64,000 nt of DNA from an uncultured Lachnospiraceae bacterium (GTDB taxonomy: Bacteria > Bacillota > Clostridia > Lachnospirales > Lachnospiraceae): contig CAMVPR010000011.1 of the NCBI GenBank assembly GCA_947169385.1, positions 1,534 through 65,533 on the forward strand, read 5' to 3'. This document shows, piece by piece, positions 9,397 through 21,864 of this stretch. The translations under genes were made by a program, and so were the position numbers. How positions within the stretch are numbered: the first letter of the stretch is position 1; each line of letters begins with the position of its first letter. The notes under the pieces are model-generated. The model made no database searches. It had not been told where the DNA came from and worked only from the letters and a program-made list of their open reading frames with translations.

Positions 9397-10431
9397 ATGT
9401 ATAATATTTATTATCAAGATATATTCGTTTTTTCAATTGATAACGGATTAGTTAATATTATATCTCCTAAATATATGCCTTTCGATATTTATTTGGAAGA
9501 AAATGATGACATAGACACAAGGGTTAATAATCAAACTAATTTTAACGCTTGGTGCGCAGGGCGAATCTTGCCGTTAGACAGAGAATATGCAAAAGAGATT
9601 CTTAATTATTTCGGTTATAATCAAAGTCTAACCGATAAAGAAAGAGCCAAAATAGCTATTGCTACAAGATGTCTTTCTATTAATGATTGTTTTTGGTTAA
9701 AAAGTGAATCTGAGGAATTAACATGGAAAGATGTTAATTTATTTGAGAATAGCTTACAGGATGGTATTTTCGAGACCGCCTTAACCGGTAAATCAATAAT
9801 AGTGACGAATAAAGAATTAGTAACACCTGACATTTCTACGGACGGTGTTGCTCCTAAAGCATGGTTGAGAAAGAATAATGAATTTTACTTGTTGAAGGGC
9901 GATAAAAACGATTCTGTAGTTAAGGAAACCGAAGCTTCTCAGATTCTTAGTTATTTAGGGTTTAAGAATGCGGGATATAAAATATCTGATTTCAAGGGTT
10001 CTCTTGTATCTACAACTGAATGTTTTACTAATCAAAGTGTCAATTTTGTTAAGGCTGAATGGTTTAATATATGGTGTATGAACAATAATCGCAGTATCAA
10101 AGATTTCATTGATGAAGATGAATTTGATAAGATGAACTTGGCTGATTATCTGATTGGCAATAATGATGAACATTCATATAATTGGGGATTTTTATATGAT
10201 AATGAAATGAATATATTATCTCTTAACCCTATGATGGATTTTGATCACGCATTTGAAAGTACAGACGAATCGCCATGTTTACCTGAAAAACTTCTTGGTA
10301 ATAATACAACACAAAAAGAAAATGCTATAAATATAGTGAAAAAGCATCCTGATTGGATAAAAAAGGATGTAGATTTATCAAAATATAAGTATGGTGAATA
10401 TGTTAGTCAGAGGTTAAACTTATTATTATAA
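9397..10431 (+). CDS. HipA/CtkA-like Ser/Thr kinase
   Basis: P-loop-like DGVAPKAW, catalytic loop DYLIGNNDEHSYNWG and Mg-binding PMMDFDHAF. Visibly more AT-rich than its neighbours. Confidence 0.7.
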   Translation: MYNIYYQDIFVFSIDNGLVNIISPKYMPFDIYLEENDDIDTRVNNQTNFNAWCAGRILPLDREYAKEILNYFGYNQSLTDKERAKIAIATRCLSINDCFWLKSESEELTWKDVNLFENSLQDGIFETALTGKSIIVTNKELVTPDISTDGVAPKAWLRKNNEFYLLKGDKNDSVVKETEASQILSYLGFKNAGYKISDFKGSLVSTTECFTNQSVNFVKAEWFNIWCMNNNRSIKDFIDEDEFDKMNLADYLIGNNDEHSYNWGFLYDNEMNILSLNPMMDFDHAFESTDESPCLPEKLLGNNTTQKENAINIVKKHPDWIKKDVDLSKYKYGEYVSQRLNLLL

Positions 10432-10447
10432 GAGCTAAGTGAATATC

Positions 10448-10512
10448 GGGAACAGGTTCAACTGGGTAATTAGGAACTAATTTACCAATTGGGCCCCATT
10501 GATCACTTAGCA
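10448..10512 (+). repeat. REP-doublet-like hairpin containing the right copy of the direct repeat
   Basis: GGGAACAGGTTCAACTGG ... CCAATTGGGCCCC with inner stem GGTAATTAG/CTAATTTACC. Confidence 0.5.
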
Positions 10513-10552
10513 TTTTATTTTAAGAAATACAAAAAAGGCTGAGAATACTGTT

Positions 10553-10585
10553 ATCACCACGAGCAGAGCTCGGGGTGATTTTTTT
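10553..10585 (+). terminator. Rho-independent terminator
   Basis: ATCACCACGAGC-AGA-GCTCGGGGTGAT followed by a T run. Confidence 0.7.
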
Positions 10586-10720
10586 CGATATAAAATACTA
10601 TACTACGTATAGCATTTTATATGTATACGGTTTAATGATATTAGTATTTAATGTGCATACACATGGATAAAAATATGTTATAATACATATTGTATTACAT
10701 CAATATTAGGAGGAATGATT

Positions 10721-12175
10721 ATGAGATGTTATATTAATTCATATAATGTGTCAATCAGGCGATTTGTAAGCTTATTAACAGCGTTTGTATTAGTGACTGG
10801 GTTGATTTCATTTGCACCGGCAAATGCTGCAGGTGCGCCTGCATTTGACGCTGAATTGACAGATGACAATATTATAAGTTTGCTGGATGTGTATGACAGT
10901 GACGCTGCACACATTCTTAAAGCCCAAAAGAAAAAAGGCGATTCATTTGCATCGTGGTATTTTGGTGCTAATAATTTGGCAGAAGCAGTAGATACAACAG
11001 TTCACGAAGAGTTTCATGCATATACATTCTATCAGTCTAGTAAATTTAACGCTGAGCGTTTCTACTTAGGGGATGGTAAGGATGTTGAGGTTAGTGAGAC
11101 GGATGTTTTTACAACGTATGACGCAACTAAATCCATTCCTGACAAATATCGTACATTTCGATATGATACCTATGTAAGCGAGACGTCAAATAGCAGTTCA
11201 AACGTATCGGGCGTTTATGGATTGATTAATGAGTTTTGTGCATATTACTGGGGAATGCATGCCTCTGAGTCGTTATATGATTACATTCACGAGAATTCCA
11301 ATACCATCAACAGTTGGAGAATGTATTATTCGGATTATAATAACAACAGAAATGCGTACGCAGAGTTTTATTACTATACTTTGGTCTATCTTAAGTACGC
11401 TAAGGAGAATAAACCTAACATTTACAAAGATATAATCAATAACAGTAACTATATTAAGGTTTTCTCTACCATGGAGAAGAAATATCGCCAGTTAATGAGT
11501 GAATACGAATCCGATTTAGATAAGATTTCGTATGAATATAACGGCAGTGGGTTTAAAGATAACTGTGAAGATGGTATGTTTAAGCTTAAGAACTACTCAT
11601 TCGGATCAGATGATGACTATGCGCTTTTGATGCCGTTGATTAATTCTGATGAGTATAAAGAATTCAGGGTTGCTCTTGGGGTTGAAGGTAATGAATCTAA
11701 ATCGACCGAGTCAACTGTTACGACAGAAGTGCCTACAACAACCGAAACCGTAGGTACTACTGAAGCTGTTTCAACCACCGAAAATGAAGCTACTACAGAA
11801 GCTGTCACGACTACCGAAACACCAACCACCACAGAGGCTACTTCAACAACTGAGGCAGCAAGCACAACAGAAGCCACAGACACGCCTAAGGCTAAACAGA
11901 AGAATCCGCTTAAAGTAAAAGTTACCAAGAAGACATACAAGAGAAAGAAGTTGAAGAAAGCTACGAAGCTTAATATAGGGCTATCTAATATAGAAACGCC
12001 GATTACGTATGTATTTAATTCTAAAGTATATGGTGCGGGATTTAAGTTATCAAGTGATGGGAATATCATCATCCCGAAGAAGTGTAAGAAAGGTACATAT
12101 AAGATTACTATAAAAGCAAGTGCGACAAAGGAGTATAAAGCAACGACCAAGAAGATAACAATAGTCGTTAAATAA
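10721..12175 (+). CDS. Secreted protein, putative zinc metallopeptidase, with Thr/Glu-rich linker and basic C-terminal domain
   Basis: Signal peptide (…FAPANA), HEEFH motif, downstream NEFCAY, TTE-rich linker and Lys-rich C-terminus. RBS AGGAGG at 10708. Confidence 0.6.
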   Translation: MRCYINSYNVSIRRFVSLLTAFVLVTGLISFAPANAAGAPAFDAELTDDNIISLLDVYDSDAAHILKAQKKKGDSFASWYFGANNLAEAVDTTVHEEFHAYTFYQSSKFNAERFYLGDGKDVEVSETDVFTTYDATKSIPDKYRTFRYDTYVSETSNSSSNVSGVYGLINEFCAYYWGMHASESLYDYIHENSNTINSWRMYYSDYNNNRNAYAEFYYYTLVYLKYAKENKPNIYKDIINNSNYIKVFSTMEKKYRQLMSEYESDLDKISYEYNGSGFKDNCEDGMFKLKNYSFGSDDDYALLMPLINSDEYKEFRVALGVEGNESKSTESTVTTEVPTTTETVGTTEAVSTTENEATTEAVTTTETPTTTEATSTTEAASTTEATDTPKAKQKNPLKVKVTKKTYKRKKLKKATKLNIGLSNIETPITYVFNSKVYGAGFKLSSDGNIIIPKKCKKGTYKITIKASATKEYKATTKKITIVVK

Positions 12176-12181
12176 AAAGAT

Positions 12182-12224
12182 AACAAAAAGGTTAATCAGG
12201 CTTGCCTTGATTAACCTTTTTGTT
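12182..12224. terminator. Bidirectional terminator
   Basis: 17-bp arms AACAAAAAGGTTAATCA / TGATTAACCTTTTTGTT. Confidence 0.85.
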
Positions 12225-12273
12225 GTAAAAAGTACGAAAAAGTACGAATTTGCCCACTTTTTTAAGAAAATGC

Positions 12274-12302
12274 TTGCTATGGATTTTACTTTGTGATAGA
12301 AT
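12274..12302 (+). promoter_or_regulatory. Sigma-A promoter of rpsF-ssb-rpsR
   Basis: TTGCTA-17 nt-TAGAAT with an extended -10 TG. Confidence 0.7.
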
Positions 12303-12320
12303 AGCCGAGTGTGATAAATA

Positions 12321-12370
12321 TTCCTTGCTCTCTTTATATGTAAGAAGAGGGCCAGAGACCAAAAGGAGGT
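12321..12370 (+). ncRNA. S6:S18 ribosomal-protein-binding leader (cis-regulatory RNA)
   Basis: TCCTTGC...hairpin...GGCC...AGACCAAAAGGAGGTG. The anti-SD TCCTT can pair with AAGGA. Matches the Firmicute rpsF leader pattern as I recall it. Confidence 0.7.
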
Positions 12371-12382
12371 GCGATAACAACT

Positions 12383-12667
12383 ATGAAGTATGAGTTAGCG
12401 TTGGTTGTTAATGCAAAGATCGAAGATAACATTAGAACCGCTACAGTTGAGAAGGTTAAAGATACCATCACAGCAGCAGGCGGAGACATCACTAATGTTG
12501 ATGAAGTTGGTAAGAAGCAGCTTGCTTACGAGATTCAGAAGATGAATATCGGCGATTACTATTTCATCCAATTCGATGCTGAGTCTGAGGCTCCTGCCCA
12601 GATCGAAGCTAAGCTTCGCATTCAGGACAACATTCTCAGATTCTTATGCGTTAGACAGGACGCATAG
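12383..12667 (+). CDS. rpsF: 30S ribosomal protein S6
   Basis: MKYELALV, GKKQLAYEIQK, ILRFL. Conserved rpsF-ssb-rpsR order. Confidence 0.97.
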   Translation: MKYELALVVNAKIEDNIRTATVEKVKDTITAAGGDITNVDEVGKKQLAYEIQKMNIGDYYFIQFDAESEAPAQIEAKLRIQDNILRFLCVRQDA

Positions 12668-12687
12668 TCGACGAGGAGGAATTTAAT

Positions 12688-13116
12688 TTGAATAAAGTTT
12701 TCTTAATGGGTAGATTAACCCGTGATCCAGAGGTAAGATATTCCTCAGGAGCAACACAGACAGCAGTTGCAAGATTTTCTGTAGCTGTTGACAGAAGATT
12801 CAAGAGAGATGGTCAGCCTGACGCAGATTTCTTTAACTGTTCTGCATTTGGCAAGACCGCAGAGTTTGTACAAAACTATTTACATCAAGGAACTAAGGTT
12901 GTTGTTGAAGGACGTATCCAGAATGACAACTATACTAATAAGGATGGCGCTAAGGTATATTCAGTGCAGATCATTGTTGAGAACGTTGAATTTGCCGAGA
13001 GCAAGAAGACTGCAGACAGCTACAATCCTAGCGATGTAGCACAGCCACCAAGTGCTGATGCAGGAGATGGATTCATCAATATTGATGAAGGTGTTGAGGA
13101 TTCGCTTCCGTTCTAA
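12688..13116 (+). CDS. ssb: Single-stranded DNA-binding protein
   Basis: MNKVFLMGRLTRDPEVRY and acidic C-terminal tail ending DSLPF. Confidence 0.97.
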   Translation: MNKVFLMGRLTRDPEVRYSSGATQTAVARFSVAVDRRFKRDGQPDADFFNCSAFGKTAEFVQNYLHQGTKVVVEGRIQNDNYTNKDGAKVYSVQIIVENVEFAESKKTADSYNPSDVAQPPSADAGDGFINIDEGVEDSLPF

Positions 13117-13148
13117 GATGTGAATGAACTAATTAAGGAGGTTCAATC

Positions 13149-13412
13149 ATGGCTTACAATAAAGGTGATCGTTCAGATTCTCCTATGAGAAGAAGACCAG
13201 GTCGTAGAAGAAAAAAGGTTTGCGCTTTCTGTGCAGATGAGAGTGCTGTTATCGATTACAAGGACGTTAATCGTCTTAGAAAGTACATTTCAGAGAGAGG
13301 TAAGATCCTTCCTCGCCGTATTACCGGTAACTGTGCAAAGCATCAGAGAGCATTGACAGTAGCTATCAAGAGAGCTCGTCATATTGCCCTTATGCCATAT
13401 ACGACAGATTAA
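13149..13412 (+). CDS. rpsR: 30S ribosomal protein S18
   Basis: [33 protein letters not shown]. Confidence 0.98.
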   Translation: MAYNKGDRSDSPMRRRPGRRRKKVCAFCADESAVIDYKDVNRLRKYISERGKILPRRITGNCAKHQRALTVAIKRARHIALMPYTTD

Positions 13413-13425
13413 TATGTTTTTATTC

Positions 13426-13457
13426 GGGATGTGCATGTTATGCATGTCCCTTATTCT
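13426..13457 (+). terminator. Terminator after rpsR
   Basis: GGGATGTGCA-TGTTA-TGCATGTCCC followed by TTATTCT. Confidence 0.65.
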
Positions 13458-13478
13458 TATTTATAGAGGTTTATTATT

Positions 13479-14204
13479 ATGCTTAAAACAGTTATACTTG
13501 CAGCAGGCAAGGGTACCAGAATGAAGTCTGATCTTCCTAAGGTACTTCACGAAATCAATGGCAAAGCGTTAGTTGAATACGTCATAGATGCCGCTAAAGA
13601 AGCGGGTTCCGATGATATTTGCATAATTGTCGGACATAGAGCAGAGCTTGTTAAGGAGCGATTGGGAGACAGCTATACTTATGCCGAGCAGAAAGAGCAG
13701 TTAGGAACAGGACACGCTGTTAAGTGCGCCAAGGATTTTATCGGAGATTCCGGAGATGTTCTTATCCTTTGCGGTGATACTCCACTTATTGACGGCGAGA
13801 CGTTAAAGAAGCTCTATAATGAGCACATTCTAAACAACCACACCGCAACCCTGCTCTCGACTATTGTTGACGACCCTACAGGATATGGAAGAATTATAAG
13901 AGACTCGAACGGAAGCTTTGTTAAGAACGTCGAGCACAAGGACGCTAGCGAAGATGAGCTTAAGTCTAAGGAGATTAACGGTGGCATGTATCTTTTCGAT
14001 GCGGCAGCTTTATCAAGTGCTTTAGATAACCTGTCAAATGACAACGCGCAAGGAGAGTACTATCTTCCTGACACGCTAGAGATTATCAAGAATGCAGGCG
14101 GTAAGGTAGAGGCTTACGTGGCTGAAGATCCAACCGTTATACTAGGTGTTAACGATAAGGAGCAGCTTAATACAGCGGCTGATATACTAGAGGGCAGATC
14201 ATGA
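13479..14204 (+). CDS. glmU: GlmU N-terminal (UDP-GlcNAc pyrophosphorylase) domain only
   Basis: ILAAGKGTRMKSDLPKVLH, QLGTGHAV, TGYGRIIR, GEYYLPD and GVNDKEQL. Ends at 241 aa with no left-handed beta-helix. Confidence 0.8.
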   Translation: MLKTVILAAGKGTRMKSDLPKVLHEINGKALVEYVIDAAKEAGSDDICIIVGHRAELVKERLGDSYTYAEQKEQLGTGHAVKCAKDFIGDSGDVLILCGDTPLIDGETLKKLYNEHILNNHTATLLSTIVDDPTGYGRIIRDSNGSFVKNVEHKDASEDELKSKEINGGMYLFDAAALSSALDNLSNDNAQGEYYLPDTLEIIKNAGGKVEAYVAEDPTVILGVNDKEQLNTAADILEGRS

Positions 14205-14260
14205 GCCTGATAGACAAGATATTTGATTGGTTAGAAAGAGATGTCGAAAGGGAGGATATC

Positions 14261-14827
14261 GTGAAGATTATTGCCGGTCTTGGTAATCCGGGGATGGAGT
14301 ATGTAGGAACGAGACATAACGTGGGCTTTGATGCTATTGACAGGCTTGCTGATGAATATAACATTTCCATGAATCAGGAGAAGTTTAAGGGAGTCTATGG
14401 CACCGGTATTATAGGCGGAGAGAAAGTTTTGCTTGTTAAGCCTATGACATATATGAATAACAGTGGAGAATGTATCGGCGAGATAGTGAGATTCTATAAG
14501 CTTGATCCTTTTGATGTCGTAGTAATCTCTGATGATATCAATCTCAATGTTGGAGGATTAAGAATCAGGGATAAGGGTAGTGCAGGTGGACATAATGGCT
14601 TGAAGAGTATCATTTATCATTTGCATAGTGAAGACTTCTTGAGGGTAAGAGTAGGTGTCGGTATGAAGAAGCAGGGTCAGGATCTTGCGAAGCATGTGCT
14701 CAGCAAGGTTTCCAAGGAAGACGAGGAGCTCATGGCAACTTCTATCGACAACGCGGCTAAGGCGGCGGCTATGTTAATTACTGAAGAACCAACAAAGGTT
14801 ATGAATAAATACAATTCAAAAGGATAG
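14261..14827 (+). CDS. pth: Peptidyl-tRNA hydrolase
   Basis: GLGNPG, TRHNVGF, KPMTYMNNSG and GSAGGHNGLKSI. GTG start follows GGGAGG; an alternative ATG lies at 14201. Confidence 0.96.
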   Translation: MKIIAGLGNPGMEYVGTRHNVGFDAIDRLADEYNISMNQEKFKGVYGTGIIGGEKVLLVKPMTYMNNSGECIGEIVRFYKLDPFDVVVISDDINLNVGGLRIRDKGSAGGHNGLKSIIYHLHSEDFLRVRVGVGMKKQGQDLAKHVLSKVSKEDEELMATSIDNAAKAAAMLITEEPTKVMNKYNSKG

Positions 14828-14831
14828 TAAG

Positions 14832-18344
<3,513 letters not shown>

Positions 18345-18366
18345 ATATATTAGTTCGTTATATCGG

Positions 18367-18395
18367 TTGTTTTAAGGGGCATTTTATAGTATAAT
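18367..18395 (+). promoter_or_regulatory. Sigma-A promoter of the prsA-rml cluster
   Basis: TTGTTT-17 nt-TATAAT. Confidence 0.6.
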
Positions 18396-18436
18396 ATAGG
18401 TTGCGATTTTTTGGATATTTTAAGGAGATTGATACT

Positions 18437-19528
18437 ATGTTTTATAAGGTTAAGAGGCTACTTGCATTTGCACTTGTTTTGACACTTACATTCACGGTTG
18501 TTCCGGGATGTGGTAAGAGCGAGCAGTCAGGTAAGATTGTTTTAAGCGTGGCAGGTCAGAATGTTGCACTGGATGAGGTGTGGTTCTACTGCCGTTCGGT
18601 TCAGGAATATTATGAGTCATATTATTCTTCAATGTTTACAAGTCCTGATGTTTGGACTTCGAGCTATCCTGTTACCAAGGACGACGGTTCTACTGAGGAT
18701 TCAACATTGGAGGAGATTGCTAAGCGTTCGGCAATCAAGCAGATTAGAGAGATTAAGCTTGCGTATAGTCGTAGAGATGATTACAACGTTTCCCTCACTG
18801 AGAAGGAGAAAGAGGAGGTAGCCAAGCAGGCTTCAGATATGATGAAGAAGGTTACCAAGGAAGAGAAGAAGACCATGGGTATCAGCGAGGATACTGCTAT
18901 TAAAGTATTTACCGAGTCTATGGTTGTTGCTAAGTTGAGAAGCAAGATCGCTGAGAAAGAGGGCGTTGAGATTTCTGATGAGGAAGCTAAGACCTCGAAG
19001 ATTTATTACATTTACTTCCCAACAAGTGCTAAGGATTCTTCCGGCAACGCTGTTTCGGCAAGTGACAAGAACAAGAAGCAGGCCAAGGAAGATGCCGAGA
19101 GCGCACTTAAGAGAGTTAAGGACGGCAATGATATTGCTACTGTAGCTCAGGCGTACGGAATGGGTGGAACATCAGGAGAGATGACAATTGATGCGGATTC
19201 TAACATTCCTGATGAGTTGAAGAAATCAATTGATAACTTGAAGGACGGAGAGTTGCTTGATAAGGTTGTCTCTGCTCCGGACGGTTTCTATATTATCAAG
19301 ATGATAAATGTTGTCGACGAGAGTGCTACTGCAGAGAAGAAGGAAGAGTTGTTATCTGACAAAGAGCAGGAGCTCCTTTCAGACAAGATTAAAGAGTGGT
19401 CTAAGGATCAGGATTTTGATTACGACAAAGATGTTAAGTGGGAGTTCATGAGCGAGATTAATTTCGTAAATGAATCCACAGTTAAGGCGTCTAACGCGTC
19501 TGATGATGCGTCTAAGGGCTCTAAGTAA
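18437..19528 (+). CDS. PrsA/SurA-like parvulin-type foldase lipoprotein
   Basis: Lipobox VVPGC, helical SurA-like N domain and rotamase-like region (DGFYIIK). Typical position after mfd. Confidence 0.75.
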   Translation: MFYKVKRLLAFALVLTLTFTVVPGCGKSEQSGKIVLSVAGQNVALDEVWFYCRSVQEYYESYYSSMFTSPDVWTSSYPVTKDDGSTEDSTLEEIAKRSAIKQIREIKLAYSRRDDYNVSLTEKEKEEVAKQASDMMKKVTKEEKKTMGISEDTAIKVFTESMVVAKLRSKIAEKEGVEISDEEAKTSKIYYIYFPTSAKDSSGNAVSASDKNKKQAKEDAESALKRVKDGNDIATVAQAYGMGGTSGEMTIDADSNIPDELKKSIDNLKDGELLDKVVSAPDGFYIIKMINVVDESATAEKKEELLSDKEQELLSDKIKEWSKDQDFDYDKDVKWEFMSEINFVNESTVKASNASDDASKGSK

Positions 19529-19538
19529 GGAGGAAGTT

Positions 19539-20423
19539 ATGAAGGGTATTATTCTTGCAGGAGGCAGCGGAACCAGATTATATCCGCTTACAATGGTTAC
19601 TTCTAAACAGCTTTTGCCAATATATGATAAGCCTATGATTTATTATCCGTTGTCGGTTCTTATGAATGCAGGGATAAGAGATATCCTTATCATTTCCACA
19701 CCTACTGATACGAGAAGGTTTGAGGAGCTTTTAGGAGACGGCCATCAGTTTGGAATTAACTTGTCATATAAGATTCAGGAGAGTCCGGATGGACTTGCGC
19801 AGGCGTTTATTATCGGTGATGAGTTTATTGGTGGTGATTCTGTTGCAATGATTCTTGGCGATAACATTTTCCATGGACACGGACTTAATGACTGCCTTAA
19901 GAGGGCTGTCGCTAACGAGTCGGGCGCTACTGTTTTTGGATATTATGTTGATGATCCGGAGAGATTCGGTATCGTAGAATTCGACGCTGAGGGCAAGGCT
20001 ATCTCAATCGAAGAGAAGCCGGAACATCCTAAGAGTAATTATTGTGTAACGGGACTTTATTTTTACGATAACAGGGTTGTGGAATTTGCTAAGAATCTTA
20101 AGCCTTCTAAGCGTGGAGAACTTGAGATTACAGATCTTAACAGCATTTACCTTGACATGGGTGAGCTTAATGTAGAGGTGCTCGGTCAGGGATTTACTTG
20201 GCTTGATACCGGAACTCACGAGTCTTTGGTTGATGCCACTAATTTTGTCAAGACGATAGAGACGCACCAACACAGGAAGATTGCGTGCCTTGAAGAGATT
20301 GCATATCTTAACGGATGGATTAATAGAGAGGATCTTTTGAGAACCTACGAGACATACAAGAAGAACCAATACGGAGAGTATCTTAAGGATATAATCGACG
20401 GTAAGTACTTGAGTGAGAAGTAA
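19539..20423 (+). CDS. rfbA: Glucose-1-phosphate thymidylyltransferase (RmlA)
   Basis: [34 protein letters not shown] and WLDTGT. Confidence 0.97.
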   Translation: MKGIILAGGSGTRLYPLTMVTSKQLLPIYDKPMIYYPLSVLMNAGIRDILIISTPTDTRRFEELLGDGHQFGINLSYKIQESPDGLAQAFIIGDEFIGGDSVAMILGDNIFHGHGLNDCLKRAVANESGATVFGYYVDDPERFGIVEFDAEGKAISIEEKPEHPKSNYCVTGLYFYDNRVVEFAKNLKPSKRGELEITDLNSIYLDMGELNVEVLGQGFTWLDTGTHESLVDATNFVKTIETHQHRKIACLEEIAYLNGWINREDLLRTYETYKKNQYGEYLKDIIDGKYLSEK

Positions 20424-20436
20424 TCGGAGGAATGCT

Positions 20437-21285
20437 ATGAAGGCGTTGGTCACAGGAGTCAAAGGTCAGTTGGGCTTTGATGTTATGAAGGTATTAGAGG
20501 CACGAGGCTATGAGGGCGTCGGTGTTGATGTTGAGGATATGGACATTACTGATGAGGCAGCGGTTAAGCGTGTGATTGGCGAAGTTGCTCCTGACGTTAT
20601 AGTTCATTGTGCTGCTTATACTGCGGTTGATGCGGCTGAGGACAACGTTGACTTATGCAGAAAGATTAATGTTGACGGAACCCTTAACATTGCTAAACAG
20701 GCCAAAGAGCTTGATGCCAAGATGATATACATAAGCACTGATTATGTGTTTAACGGTCAAGGTGAGGAGCCTTGGGAGCCGGATGATCCTAACAAGGAGC
20801 CGCTTAATGTTTACGGTCAGAGTAAGTATGATGGTGAGCTTGCGGTTATCAATATGCTTGACAAGTATTATATTGTGCGTATTTCGTGGGTGTTCGGAGA
20901 GAATGGCAAGAACTTTGTAAAGACTATGTTAAGAGTCGGCAAGGAGAAGGGTGTTGCCAAGGTTGTAGACGATCAGATTGGATCGCCTACCTACACAGCA
21001 GATCTTGCCGAACTTTTGGTTGATATGGCTGAGCGTGAAGAGTATGGTACATATCATGCAACCAACGAAGGACTTTGCAGTTGGTATGAATTTACCAAGG
21101 AGATATATAAGCAAGCGGGATTAGATGTTAGTTTAAGTCCGTGTTCCAGTAATGAATTCCCTGCCAAAGCCAAGAGGCCTTCCAATTCAAGGATGTCTAA
21201 GGATAAGCTTGAAGAGCATGGCTTTAACAGGCTTCCGACATGGCAGGATGCACTATCAAGATTTCTAAAATGTATTGAGTACTAA
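20437..21285 (+). CDS. rfbD: dTDP-4-dehydrorhamnose reductase (RmlD)
   Basis: GVKGQLG, ISTDYVF, YGQSK and VDDQIGSPT. Confidence 0.95.
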   Translation: MKALVTGVKGQLGFDVMKVLEARGYEGVGVDVEDMDITDEAAVKRVIGEVAPDVIVHCAAYTAVDAAEDNVDLCRKINVDGTLNIAKQAKELDAKMIYISTDYVFNGQGEEPWEPDDPNKEPLNVYGQSKYDGELAVINMLDKYYIVRISWVFGENGKNFVKTMLRVGKEKGVAKVVDDQIGSPTYTADLAELLVDMAEREEYGTYHATNEGLCSWYEFTKEIYKQAGLDVSLSPCSSNEFPAKAKRPSNSRMSKDKLEEHGFNRLPTWQDALSRFLKCIEY

Positions 21286-21296
21286 GGAGACTAATT

Positions 21297-21863
21297 ATGG
21301 GTAAGATTAAAGTTACAAGATGTGACATCGAGGGATTGTGTGTAATAGAGCCTACAGTCTTTAGAGACGAGAGAGGATATTTTGTTGAGACGTATAACCG
21401 CAATGATTTCGAGGCTGAAGGCCTTGACATGACATTTGTTCAAGATAATCAATCAATGTCAACGAAGGGCGTGTTAAGAGGATTACATTTCCAAAAAGAA
21501 TACGCACAGGGTAAGCTGGTCAGAGTTGTAGACGGTGAGGTATTTGATGTTGCGGTTGATTTGAGAGAAGGCTCTCCTACTCTTGGCAAATGGTTCGGAG
21601 TGAGATTGTCATCAGAGAATCAGAAGCAGTTTTATATTCCTAAAGGATTTGCTCATGGATTTATAGTTCTTTCAGATATTGCTGTATTTGCATACAAATG
21701 CACAGATTTTTATCATCCCGGAGATGAGGGAGGACTTAAGTACGACGACCCTGACATCGGGATTGATTGGCCGATTCCTGAGGGGATGACCAAGAACGAC
21801 TTAATTATTTCCGAGAAGGACACCAAATGGGGTGGAATCAAAGAGTATCTAGCTAGGAGGTAG
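21297..21863 (+). CDS. rfbC: dTDP-4-dehydrorhamnose 3,5-epimerase (RmlC)
   Basis: DERGYF, VLRGLHFQ, QGKLVRV and GFAHGF. Confidence 0.96.
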   Translation: MGKIKVTRCDIEGLCVIEPTVFRDERGYFVETYNRNDFEAEGLDMTFVQDNQSMSTKGVLRGLHFQKEYAQGKLVRVVDGEVFDVAVDLREGSPTLGKWFGVRLSSENQKQFYIPKGFAHGFIVLSDIAVFAYKCTDFYHPGDEGGLKYDDPDIGIDWPIPEGMTKNDLIISEKDTKWGGIKEYLARR

Positions 21864-21864
21864 T

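Noticed and set aside
11617-12186. 189-aa Val/Ser-rich minus-strand ORF, and the other short overlapping ORFs in the track
   Set aside because: These are shadows of well-supported genes, with no RBS or family motifs.
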